Assembly: GCA_047602405.1 (NCBI GenBank)
Contig: JASGHJ010000001.1
Coordinates: 1,152,001 to 1,216,000, forward strand
Reading direction: 5' to 3'
Length of the DNA stretch: 64,000 nt
Source: Anaeromyxobacteraceae bacterium
GTDB lineage: Bacteria; Myxococcota; Myxococcia; Myxococcales; Anaeromyxobacteraceae
Positions 42,078-50,898 of the stretch are shown here, in pieces. The first letter of the stretch is position 1. The number at the start of each line of letters is the position of its first letter. Position numbers and translations under genes: made by a program. The notes below the pieces were generated by a model that saw only the letters and a program-made list of their open reading frames with translations, had not been told where the DNA came from and did not search any database.

Positions 42078-42926
42078 ATGCGCACCGCCCCCATCCGCCT
42101 CGCCGCCGCCGCCCTCGCCCTCGCCGCCCTGGCCGGGTGCGCGGGCCTGAAGGACCTCGCCGCCGCCGCGTTCACGAAGCCGAAGCTCGACTTCAAGGGC
42201 GCCGTCGTCGAGGGGCTCGACCTCGAGGGCGCGACCATCGGCCTGCAGGTCGACCTCACGAACCCGAACGGCTTCGGCCTCGACGTCGCGCGCGTCGGCT
42301 GGTCGCTCGACGCCGAGAACACCCGCGTCGCGACCGGCGACATGCCCGGCGGGCTCACCATCCCCGCGAAGGGCACCGCGCCGCTCACCATCCCCGTGCG
42401 CCTGCGCTGGAAGGACGTGCCGGGCATCGTGAACCTCTTCGGCTCCCGGCACGCCGATGGGCTCGGCTACAAGGCCGCGGCGACCGTGGGCGTGAACACG
42501 CCGATCGGCGTCGTCGAGCTGCCCGTGTCGCACGCGGGCACCGTGAAGCTCCCGTCGCTGCCGGCGTTCTCCATCCAGGGCGTCTCCGTGAAGGGCGTCT
42601 CGCTCTCCGACGTGACCTTCGACGTGAAGGTCGGCGTGAAGAACCCGAACATGTTCTCGATCCCGGCCGGGAAGCTCGGCTGGTCGCTCGCGCTCGGCGG
42701 CGGCGCCCCGGTCGCGCGCGCCGAGAACGCGCCGCTCAAGGGCGTGGCCGCGGGCCAGACGGGGACCATCGACATCCCGCTCAAGCTCGACTTCCGTTCG
42801 GCGGGGCGCGCGGCGATGGACGTCGCGAAGGGCGGCGACGTGCGCGTGCAGATGAAGGGGACGGCCGACGTCGCGGGGCTGCCGATCCCGCTCGACCTCG
42901 ACACGACGGTGCCCGCGCGGAGGTAG
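42078..42926 (+). CDS. LEA type 2 (WHy) family lipoprotein, two domains
   Basis: LAGC lipobox; two NPN motifs (TNPNGF, KNPNMF). Confidence 0.88.
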   Translation: MRTAPIRLAAAALALAALAGCAGLKDLAAAAFTKPKLDFKGAVVEGLDLEGATIGLQVDLTNPNGFGLDVARVGWSLDAENTRVATGDMPGGLTIPAKGTAPLTIPVRLRWKDVPGIVNLFGSRHADGLGYKAAATVGVNTPIGVVELPVSHAGTVKLPSLPAFSIQGVSVKGVSLSDVTFDVKVGVKNPNMFSIPAGKLGWSLALGGGAPVARAENAPLKGVAAGQTGTIDIPLKLDFRSAGRAAMDVAKGGDVRVQMKGTADVAGLPIPLDLDTTVPARR

Positions 42927-42956
42927 GCGCGGCGCGCGGCGCGCCGGCGAGCGCGC

Positions 42957-43032
42957 AAAAAAAAAGCGCCCGCGCGGGAATGGGAGCCGCGGGGCGCCTT
43001 GAGGCCGGCGAGGGAGGGGGGGTGCCGACCCT
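42957..43032 (-). ncRNA. Putative sRNA with two hairpins, C-rich loops and a U9 terminator
   Basis: AGGGUCGGC-ACCCCCCCUCCCUC-GCCGGCCU followed by the hairpin GCGCCCCGCGG...CCGCGCGGGCGC and U9; promoter immediately upstream; no ORF. Confidence 0.7.
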
Positions 43033-43038
43033 GGTTCG

Positions 43039-43067
43039 AACGTATTCGGCGGGCGGCGCAGCGGCAA
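43039..43067 (-). promoter_or_regulatory. sigma70-type promoter of the putative sRNA
   Basis: TTGCCG-N17-TACGTT. Confidence 0.65.
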
Positions 43068-43164
43068 CTCGGTAGCGGGGTATCCAGTCGGCCCGTTGGG
43101 GCCCGCCCATGGTGGGGTAACGAAGCAATATCGGGGCAAACCCGAGGACTCGGCAGGCACTTCG

Positions 43165-44484
43165 ATGGCTGACGCGGTGAGCGACGATCTCCTCTCGGCG
43201 GACGAGCTCCGCCACGCGTGGCCCGCCCTGTCGATGGAGGAGCGGCTCGAGGGTTTCCACGGCCTCGTGCGCGGCGACGCGGACGACTTCTTCCTCGACC
43301 TCACCGCCGCGGACCAGGCGGAGCTCCTCGTGGCGCTGCCGCAGGAGGAGCGGCGGCTCTGGATCCGGCTGCTGGCGCCGGACGACGCCGTCGACGTCGT
43401 GCAGGGGCTGCCCGAGGTGGAGCGCCCGCGCTTCATGGAGCAGCTCGATCCGGTCTCGCGCCGCGAGGTGAGCGCGCTGCTCGCGTACGCCGAGGACGCG
43501 GCCGGCGGCCTCATGAGCCCGCGCTTCGCGCGGATGCGGCCGGAGATGACCGCCGACGAGGCGATCCGCTACCTGCGCCGCCAGGCGCGCGAGCAGGCGG
43601 AGACCATCTACTACGCCTACGTGCTCGACCCCGACCAGCGGCTCATCGGCGTCGTCTCGTTCCGGGACCTCCTCACCGCGACGCCGGAGGCCCGCGTCGA
43701 CGGCCTCATGAAGCGCGACGTCGTGAGCGTGCCGGACACGCTCGACCAGGAGGCGGTGGCGCGCCTCATGGCGAGGGAGGACGTGAACGCGCTGCCGGTG
43801 GTCGACGGCGAGGGGCGGATGCAGGGCATCGTGACCGTCGACGACGTGGTCGACGTCGTCCAGCAGGAGGCCACCGAGGACATCCAGAAGCTGGGCGGCA
43901 TGGAGGCCCTCGACGCGCCGTACCTCGCGACCGGCTTCCTCGAGATGGTGAAGAAGCGCGCCGGCTGGCTCGCGGTGCTCTTCGTGTCGGAGATGCTCAC
44001 CGCGACCGCGATGAGCGGCTTCGAGGAGGAGATCGCGAAGGCGGTGGTGCTCGCGGTGTTCGTCCCGCTCATCATCTCGTCGGGCGGCAACTCCGGCTCC
44101 CAGGCCTCCACGCTCGTCATCCGCGCGATGGCGCTCGGCGAGATCACGCTCGGTGACGCGCTGCGGGTGGCGCGCCGGGAGCTCGTCACCGGCCTCTCCC
44201 TCGGGGCGATCCTGGCCACCATCGGCGTGGTGCGGATCTTCATCTGGCAGGGGCTCTTCAACTCCTACGGCCCCATCACGCCGCTCCTCGCCGCGACGGT
44301 GGGCCTGTCGGTCGTCGGGTGCGTGAGCTGGGGCACGTTCGCGGGCGCGCTGATGCCGCTCGCGATCCGCCGGATGGGCTTCGATCCGGCGAGCGCGTCG
44401 GCGCCGTTCATCGCGACGCTCGTCGACGTATCGGGCGTGGTGATCTACTTCACCACCGCGAGGATGATCCTGGGCATCTCCTAG
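43165..44484 (+). CDS. mgtE: Magnesium transporter MgtE
   Basis: MgtE N-domain, CBS pair, GGNSGSQ, PFIATLVD. Confidence 0.95.
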   Translation: MADAVSDDLLSADELRHAWPALSMEERLEGFHGLVRGDADDFFLDLTAADQAELLVALPQEERRLWIRLLAPDDAVDVVQGLPEVERPRFMEQLDPVSRREVSALLAYAEDAAGGLMSPRFARMRPEMTADEAIRYLRRQAREQAETIYYAYVLDPDQRLIGVVSFRDLLTATPEARVDGLMKRDVVSVPDTLDQEAVARLMAREDVNALPVVDGEGRMQGIVTVDDVVDVVQQEATEDIQKLGGMEALDAPYLATGFLEMVKKRAGWLAVLFVSEMLTATAMSGFEEEIAKAVVLAVFVPLIISSGGNSGSQASTLVIRAMALGEITLGDALRVARRELVTGLSLGAILATIGVVRIFIWQGLFNSYGPITPLLAATVGLSVVGCVSWGTFAGALMPLAIRRMGFDPASASAPFIATLVDVSGVVIYFTTARMILGIS

Positions 44485-44615
44485 AGCGGATCGTGCGCGG
44501 ATCGGGGGCTGCCCGGAGTCCGGCTTGGTACGCACCTGCGTCCCACGGTCACACTGCTCGCGGACCGGCGGTGCGTGCGGCATGTTGGCGCCGTCACCCC
44601 CTGGAGAGCGCGTCC

Positions 44616-45095
44616 TTGGATCCGAAGCCGGGCCACCCGCCGCACGACCTGCAGCAGCTCGAGGTCGAGCACCGCCAGATCGGCCGCCGCGTCGAGCGGC
44701 TGCAGGCCGCGCTCGCCGCGGGCAGCGTCGCCGACGTCCGCGCGGGCCTGCAGTTCCTGGAGCGCTACCTCGTGGAGCACTTCGCTCACGAGGAGGCCTG
44801 GATGGAGGAGCGCGGCTACCCCGGCGCGCTCGAGCACGCCCGCCAGCACGCGTCGCTCCTCGCGACGCTCGGCGACGCGCGCCGCGCCCTCGAGCTCATC
44901 GGCTCGGCCGTCCGCGCCGTGCACACCATCGCGGCGGCCCTCGACCGGCACCTCGCCGTCGACGACGCGAAGCTCCAGCGCTTCCACCAGGCCCGCGAGA
45001 GCCTGCGGAGGCTCGCCGGTCTGGAGCGCCGCGAGCGCCGCACGCCGCCGCCGGTCCGGCCCGCGCGCGAGCGGATGACGCCCATCCCGCGGTAG
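44616..45095 (+). CDS. Hemerythrin-domain protein
   Basis: EH...YLVEHFAHEEAWM...YP...HARQH...H...DD; TTG start with GGAG RBS. Confidence 0.8.
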   Translation: MDPKPGHPPHDLQQLEVEHRQIGRRVERLQAALAAGSVADVRAGLQFLERYLVEHFAHEEAWMEERGYPGALEHARQHASLLATLGDARRALELIGSAVRAVHTIAAALDRHLAVDDAKLQRFHQARESLRRLAGLERRERRTPPPVRPARERMTPIPR

Positions 45096-45204
45096 CGCGG
45101 CGCGATCCGGGGGCGCGACGAAGTCGCCCCCCGCAGCCCGGCCGGATCGTGTTATCCGGGGATCTCACGCATCGTGCGGGTGCCGTTGCCCCGGGGGGGT
45201 CCAC

Positions 45205-46635
45205 GTGAAGCGCCTCCACGCCATCCTGCTGCCCATCGCCTGCGCGGCGACGCTCGGGTGTGCGCCGCGCTCGCGCGGCGACGCGCCCGCCGCGGAGGAG
45301 GCCCCGGCGGCGCCGCCGTCCCGGGCGAGCAGCCGCCCGCGTCCGGTCGCGAGCTACGACGTGACGATCCTGCCGCCCGAGCGCGGTCCCGGTGGCACGC
45401 GCGTGCCGGGGCGCGCGGTGTTCACGATCCTCCCCGAGGGTCGCGACGGGCACCCCGGGACCAACCCGCCCCGCACCGTCGAGCTCAAGGGCGGGCCTTT
45501 CGTGTGGGGCTACACGGACGCGTGCTTCACGTCCGGGATCTCGACGCCCGTCACCGTCACCAACTTCCTGCCCGAGCGGCTCGCCGACGTGCACGTCGCC
45601 TTCACCATCGACGACTCGGAGCACCCGCTCTGCGGGGCTCAGGCGCAGCCGACGGGCGGCGAACCGCCGCTGCCGAAGACCACCGTCGTGTTCCAGCCGC
45701 CTCCCGCCGGCGCCGGGCCGAGCGGCTACCTCCAGTACGTCCTGCCCGACCAGTATCCGAAGCGCGTGCTCGCGGGCTCGCCCGTCGACGACGGCTCGGC
45801 CCCCGGCGGCGCTGCGACCGTGGACTGGGCGTTCGTGTACCTCGTCGAGGAGGCGCCCCCCTTCCACCTCCGGGCGGACCTCTGGGCGGATCCGTACCCG
45901 GCGGCGCCCATCGCGCTCCCCTTCCCGGTCGTCGAGCCGGGTGAGCCGGTCGTCCTCCAGATCCTCGACGTGGCGGACCAGGTCATGGGTCCCCTGCCGG
46001 CGCGGGTCACCCAGGTGGACGTCCGCGTCTGCGACGCGCCCTTCGCCGCCGACGGGACCTGCAGCGGCGCCGAGCTCCAGGTGCCCACCTTCGTCTGGGG
46101 GACCTACGAGTACCGGGTCGAGGTGCTGACCCACATCCCCGACGCCGTCGTCCCGGGCCGCACCTACCACTACCGCGCCGTCGGGATGTGGGACGCCGAC
46201 GGGAACGCGGCGACGCCGCCGGTGCGCGGCTCGTTCCCGCTCGCGACCACCTTCGTGGCGATGGGGGTCCCCACGGTGGGGACCTACCCGCTCCCGACGC
46301 CGCCCGACGCGTTCGTGTGGACGGTGGAGGGCGCGCAGGTCACCGCGCCGGATGGCCGGCAGGTGCTCCGGATCTGCACGGCGCAGGACTGCCGGTTCGA
46401 CCCTCCGCCGGCGACGATCGTCTACGCGACCTCCACCTTCACGGCGGTCGAGACGCCGCCCGGCTCGGGGACGTGGCGCTACGAGGCGGACGCCGCGGAG
46501 ATCCAGGCCGCGCTGCAGGCCTCGGTGTCGAACGGCCCCTTCTACCTCGCGGTGCGGAACCTCCGCCCGCTGAGCGAGGGCGCGTGGCGGCAGGCCGACG
46601 CGCCCTTCTACTACTACTGGCCCCTCTCGCCATGA
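45205..46635 (+). CDS. Hypothetical Pro-rich lipoprotein
   Basis: TLGC lipobox; ATGA overlap with the next gene. Confidence 0.7.
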   Translation: MKRLHAILLPIACAATLGCAPRSRGDAPAAEEAPAAPPSRASSRPRPVASYDVTILPPERGPGGTRVPGRAVFTILPEGRDGHPGTNPPRTVELKGGPFVWGYTDACFTSGISTPVTVTNFLPERLADVHVAFTIDDSEHPLCGAQAQPTGGEPPLPKTTVVFQPPPAGAGPSGYLQYVLPDQYPKRVLAGSPVDDGSAPGGAATVDWAFVYLVEEAPPFHLRADLWADPYPAAPIALPFPVVEPGEPVVLQILDVADQVMGPLPARVTQVDVRVCDAPFAADGTCSGAELQVPTFVWGTYEYRVEVLTHIPDAVVPGRTYHYRAVGMWDADGNAATPPVRGSFPLATTFVAMGVPTVGTYPLPTPPDAFVWTVEGAQVTAPDGRQVLRICTAQDCRFDPPPATIVYATSTFTAVETPPGSGTWRYEADAAEIQAALQASVSNGPFYLAVRNLRPLSEGAWRQADAPFYYYWPLSP

Positions 46636-47555
46636 GGGGCGGCGCGGCGAGCCTGGCGATCGGCCTCCTCCTCTCGTCCTGCGCGGGCGAGGCCACCACC
46701 GCCCCCGCGGGTCCGTGCGGCGAGCCCGGCGCCGGCTGGCTCGCCTACACCACGCGCCGGGCGGGCCAGTTCGACGTCCGGCTCGTGCGGGAGGACGGTG
46801 CGTGCGACCGCGCCCTCGCGGAGAGCCCGGCCGAGGAGCTCGACGGCTCCCTGTCCGCGGCGGGCCGCGTGGCGGTGCACTGGGTGTGGCGGGAGGGACG
46901 AGGGCGGCTCGCCGTCACCGACCTCGAGAAGGGCGCGGTCCGCGAGCTCGACACCGGCGCGCTCGTCGTCGCGAACCCGGCGGTGAGCCCGGACGGGCGA
47001 GAGGTCGCGTACGAGGGCGCGCTGCCGCCCGCCGGGCCCGAGCTCCACGTCCGCTCGCTCGCCGACGGGACGGATCGCGTCGTCGCGCCGGATCCTGCGG
47101 CCGACGTCGCGCCCGCCTGGACCGAGGGCGGTTCGGCCCTCGTGTTCGGCTCCATGCGCGGGGGCAGCTACCAGCTGTGGCGCGTCCGGCTCGACGGCTC
47201 CGCGCCGGTGCGGCTCACCGACGACGCGCGCGCGGCCCTGCGCTGCGGGGACGCCGCCTGCCCGGTCAACGGCCGTCCGGCGCCGCGGCCCGACGGGACC
47301 GCCGTCGCCTTCGCGCGGGCCTCCGGGACCGGCGCGAGCGTGGTGGTGCTCGAGCTCGGGACCGGGGTGGAGCGCCTCCTCGCCGACGCGCTGGACGCGG
47401 AGCCGTCCTTCAGCGCCGACGGGCGGCGCCTCGCGGTCATGAACCTCGACCTCGGCGACCCCGAGGTGCTGATCCGCGACGCGGCGACGGGCGCCGTGGT
47501 GCGCCGGCTCACGGCCTCGCCGGGCGTGGACGGCGCGCCGGCCTACGCCCGCTGA
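46632..47555 (+). CDS. TolB-like (PD40 repeat) lipoprotein
   Basis: LSSC lipobox; NPAVSPDGR, PAWT, PSFSADGR. Confidence 0.8.
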   Translation: MRGGAASLAIGLLLSSCAGEATTAPAGPCGEPGAGWLAYTTRRAGQFDVRLVREDGACDRALAESPAEELDGSLSAAGRVAVHWVWREGRGRLAVTDLEKGAVRELDTGALVVANPAVSPDGREVAYEGALPPAGPELHVRSLADGTDRVVAPDPAADVAPAWTEGGSALVFGSMRGGSYQLWRVRLDGSAPVRLTDDARAALRCGDAACPVNGRPAPRPDGTAVAFARASGTGASVVVLELGTGVERLLADALDAEPSFSADGRRLAVMNLDLGDPEVLIRDAATGAVVRRLTASPGVDGAPAYAR

Positions 47556-47601
47556 AGGTTCACCTTCGGGGCCGGCGACCGCGGCGCGGTGGAGGCAGGG
47601 C

Positions 47602-47982
47602 CTACTTCACCGTCGCGAGGAAGTCCTTCGCCTGCTCCACGGTCGCGAACACGTGGAACTCGCGGCCGGTGAGGACCTTCACGGCGGTGAAGATCATCCG
47701 GTGGAGCGGGCCGAGCCCGGTCACGCAGGCCGCCTTCACGTGCGGGCGGTTGGCCTCCACGAACGTGCGGAGCTTGTCGACGAGGCGCCGGTCGAGCGTC
47801 GCACCCTCGACGTGGGTGATCGTCATCACCGAGGCAGGGGGCTGCGAGCGGATCTCGGGGCCCGCGAGGTCCGCGAGCGCCAGGATCTGCTCGAAGTCCA
47901 GGTGGGACGCGTCGATCAGGAACATGCGCTTACCCTTGTGATCGACGAAGCGCGCGCGTCCGCGGAGGGCTGGATCCGTCAT
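47602..47982 (-). CDS. Hypothetical protein (STAS/SEC14-like)
   Basis: 126-aa ORF ending HVFATVEQAKDFL. Confidence 0.7.
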   Translation of the reverse strand: MTDPALRGRARFVDHKGKRMFLIDASHLDFEQILALADLAGPEIRSQPPASVMTITHVEGATLDRRLVDKLRTFVEANRPHVKAACVTGLGPLHRMIFTAVKVLTGREFHVFATVEQAKDFLATVK

Positions 47983-48156
47983 GCGGACGCCAAGCTACAC
48001 GCGTCGGAGGCCGGGATTGAATCGGCGGACGTCGCGGGGCCCCCAAAGGTAGCCGACGGGACGACTTCACGAAGAGTGAGATCGTCGGCCCGGACCCTGA
48101 GGGGTGGGGAGCGAGACGCAAGGTGCGCGGGGAGGGTCCGGGGTTACGCCTCCCAC

Positions 48157-49935
48157 ATGCGCCGACTGCCCGCCCTCCTGCTCTCCTGCCTGGCCGCCTG
48201 CTCCGGCGGCGGCGCCGAGAGCGGCTCGAAGCCGACGGACCCGTGCGACCCGAACCCGTGCTTCGCCGGCGTGGCCTGCGTCGCGAGCGGCGCCACCCAC
48301 GCGTGCGGCGCGTGCCCGGCGGGCTACGGGGGCGACGGCGTCACCTGCGCCGAGGCCGACGGCTGCGCGGGCAACCCCTGCCTCGCCACCACGACCTGCA
48401 CCGACGTGCCCGCCCCGGGCACGGGCTACACCTGCTCCGCGTGCACGGCCGCGACGTGCCCCATCTTCCGCGCGCTCGCCGGCCCGGACCGCGACGCCGT
48501 GGCCGGCGCGGAGGTGACGCTCACGGCCGAGGTGCTCGGCCACAACGGCGCGTTCACCTGCGCGTGGACCGCGACCGGCGCGGCGGCGCTCGCCGGGTGC
48601 GAGGTGAAGGTCACCCCCGCCGCGACGACCGAGTACACGCTCACGGTCACCGACGCCTCGGCCCGGACCGCGTCCGACGCGGTGGTCGTCCGCGTCGCCG
48701 GGCTCCTCGCCGACGCAGGGCCGACCCGCAACGTCCCGGCCGGCGGGAGCACGACGCTCACCGCCACCTGGAGCGGGGCCTCCTGCGCCGACGGCGCCTG
48801 CGTCACCTGCGCCTGGAAGGACTCGGCGGGCGGCCCCGTCGCGAGCACCTGCTCGACCGAGGTCTCCCCGTCGGTCACCACCGCCTACACCCTCACGATC
48901 ACCGACGGCGGCAACGCGCGGACCGCCACCGACACCACCACCGTGTTCGTGCTCGGCGAGCCCGCGCGCCTGTGCGGCTGGGACGTCGTCGTGATGACGA
49001 GCAACGAGTACCCGTCCACGCCGAACCCGAGCTACGTCTGCGACGCGAACCAGGTCGCGCGGCGCCAGACGGTGAACGGCAAGCCCGCCATCGTCCTCTC
49101 CGACCTCGTGGTGGGGAACGCGCGGATCGTCGGCTACATCTCGGTCGAGACCTCCGCGGACGACGACCTCGTCGGCTTCCTGTGGGGCTGGCAGAACCCG
49201 AAGCACGCGTACCTGCTGACCTGGAAGCAGCTCAACCAGGCGTGGACCGCCGCGTGCGGCAACGCGCCGGCCGGGATCGCGGTCAAGAAGCTCGACGGCG
49301 CGAGCGCGGACCCGGCCACCGTCTCGTTCAACGCGAGCTTCGGCTTCAACGCGACCGACTACGTCTACAGCTGCGCCGACCTCTGGTCGCAGAGCCGCGC
49401 CAACGACGCGCTGCTCGGCGACGACACCATCTTCCTGCTCGCGCCGCAGGACGCCGGCGGGTACACGGGCGGGTGGGCGGACTTCACCACCCACCGGTTC
49501 GAGTTCTACTACACGCCCTCGCGCACGAAGGTGCTCGTGTACTCGGACGACGCGGCGACCGGCTCCACCGCGAACCTCCTCACCTCGTTCACCGTCGAGG
49601 ACTCGAGCTACCCGGAGGGCAAGTTCGCCTTCTTCTCGAACTCGCAGGAGCAGGTCGCGTTCGGCAACTACACGCTCGCGTCGCTCGACGGCTTCGCGGC
49701 GAACGCGGGCCCGGACGTGACCGTCGCGCCGGGCGCCACCGCGCAGCTCACCGGGGCCGCGGAGCTCGCCGTGCCGCCGTACACCTGCGCCTGGAAGGAC
49801 GGCGCCGGCGCCGCCGCCGGGGCGGCCTGCGCGCTCGGGGTGACGCCCGCCGCGACCACCACGTACACGCTGACGGTCACCGACGCCTTCGGCAGGACCA
49901 CCTCCGACGCGGTCACGGTGACCGTGGGGACCTGA
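48157..49935 (+). CDS. Lipoprotein with two EGF-like modules, PKD/Ig-like repeats and a thrombospondin C-terminal-like domain
   Basis: LAAC; CDPNPCFAGVAC...CGACPAGYGGDGVTC; QTVN...DDDLVGFLWGWQ...YLLTWKQ. Confidence 0.8.
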   Translation: MRRLPALLLSCLAACSGGGAESGSKPTDPCDPNPCFAGVACVASGATHACGACPAGYGGDGVTCAEADGCAGNPCLATTTCTDVPAPGTGYTCSACTAATCPIFRALAGPDRDAVAGAEVTLTAEVLGHNGAFTCAWTATGAAALAGCEVKVTPAATTEYTLTVTDASARTASDAVVVRVAGLLADAGPTRNVPAGGSTTLTATWSGASCADGACVTCAWKDSAGGPVASTCSTEVSPSVTTAYTLTITDGGNARTATDTTTVFVLGEPARLCGWDVVVMTSNEYPSTPNPSYVCDANQVARRQTVNGKPAIVLSDLVVGNARIVGYISVETSADDDLVGFLWGWQNPKHAYLLTWKQLNQAWTAACGNAPAGIAVKKLDGASADPATVSFNASFGFNATDYVYSCADLWSQSRANDALLGDDTIFLLAPQDAGGYTGGWADFTTHRFEFYYTPSRTKVLVYSDDAATGSTANLLTSFTVEDSSYPEGKFAFFSNSQEQVAFGNYTLASLDGFAANAGPDVTVAPGATAQLTGAAELAVPPYTCAWKDGAGAAAGAACALGVTPAATTTYTLTVTDAFGRTTSDAVTVTVGT

Positions 49936-49983
49936 GCGGCGCTCCGGCGGCCGGCCCGGCGCGGCCTGGGCTATCATCGCCCG

Positions 49984-50553
49984 GTGAACGTCGACGACCG
50001 CGTCCGCGCGCTCCTCGCCGGCGGCGACCTCGCCGGCGCCGCCACCGCGGTGATCCAGGCCTTCACGCCGGTCGCGCTGAGCTACCTCCGTCCGATGCTC
50101 CGCGACGAGGAGGACGTGAAGGACGCCCTCTCGATCTGGGCGGAGAACGCCTGGCGAGGGCTGCCGCGGTTCGAGTGGCGCTCGTCGCTCAAGACGTGGT
50201 GCGTGCGCCTCGCGTGCAACGTGGGGCTCAACTTCAAGGGCCGGGCGCACCACAAGCGGGTCCGCCGCTTCGAGCCGGGCGAGGCCTCCGCGCTCGCCGA
50301 GGACTTCCGCACCGCGAGCGCCCTGCGGGTCGAGCGCCAGCGCCGCGGGATCCTGGCGCTCCGGGAGGAGCTGACGCCCTCCGAGCAGACGCTGCTCTTC
50401 CTGCGGGCCGACCAGGAGCTCCCGTGGGAGGAGGTGGCCTCGATCCTGAGCGAGGTGGGGCCGGCCGTGACCCCCACGACGCTCGCGAAGCGCTTCGAGC
50501 GGCTGAAGGAGCGCCTCGGCCAGCTCGCGCGGGAGCGCGGGCTGATCGACTGA
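49984..50553 (+). CDS. ECF RNA polymerase sigma factor
   Basis: sigma2 region (WRGLPRFEWRSSLKTW) and sigma4 region (LPWEEVASIL). Confidence 0.85.
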   Translation: MNVDDRVRALLAGGDLAGAATAVIQAFTPVALSYLRPMLRDEEDVKDALSIWAENAWRGLPRFEWRSSLKTWCVRLACNVGLNFKGRAHHKRVRRFEPGEASALAEDFRTASALRVERQRRGILALREELTPSEQTLLFLRADQELPWEEVASILSEVGPAVTPTTLAKRFERLKERLGQLARERGLID

Positions 50554-50649
50554 GGGTCGGTCCCGGCCGGGTCGTGTCGACTTCGGGCCCGGGCCCTGTC
50601 CAAACGTCGAGGGGCGTGCGCCGCGGGTGGCCGCCTGCCAGGAGCGTTC

Positions 50650-50826
50650 ATGGGCGATCGGCAGGGACAGCTGCACCTCGTGGTGAAGCCGACGCGCCTG
50701 GCCGTCGTGCGCGACGTCGTCGTCATCGTGCTGTGCGCCGTCGTCCTGACGCTCATCGCCGTCGATCTCCTGCGCGGCGCACCGACCGCGAGCCCGGTCC
50801 AGGTCCACGCGGGCACGGGGAGGTAG
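50650..50826 (+). CDS. 58-aa single-TM protein
   Basis: AGGAG RBS; MGDRQGQLHLVVKPTRLAVVRDVVVIVLCAVVLTLIAVDLL... (below the ORF-track cutoff). Confidence 0.6.
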   Translation: MGDRQGQLHLVVKPTRLAVVRDVVVIVLCAVVLTLIAVDLLRGAPTASPVQVHAGTGR

Positions 50827-50898
50827 GGCCGGAGGGGGGGAAGCCGGGCCCGGCGCGTGGCAACTTCCTCGGCCGTTCTGTAGGCTCGCGCCGCGCAG

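Noticed and set aside
43021..43100. GGTTCGAA, resembling a tRNA T-loop
   Set aside because: No cloverleaf; the segment is better explained as the minus-strand promoter of the sRNA.
43132..43146. GGGCAAACCC hairpin upstream of mgtE resembling part of a c-di-GMP-I riboswitch
   Set aside because: The rest of the GEMM architecture is not visible, and I saw no M-box features either.
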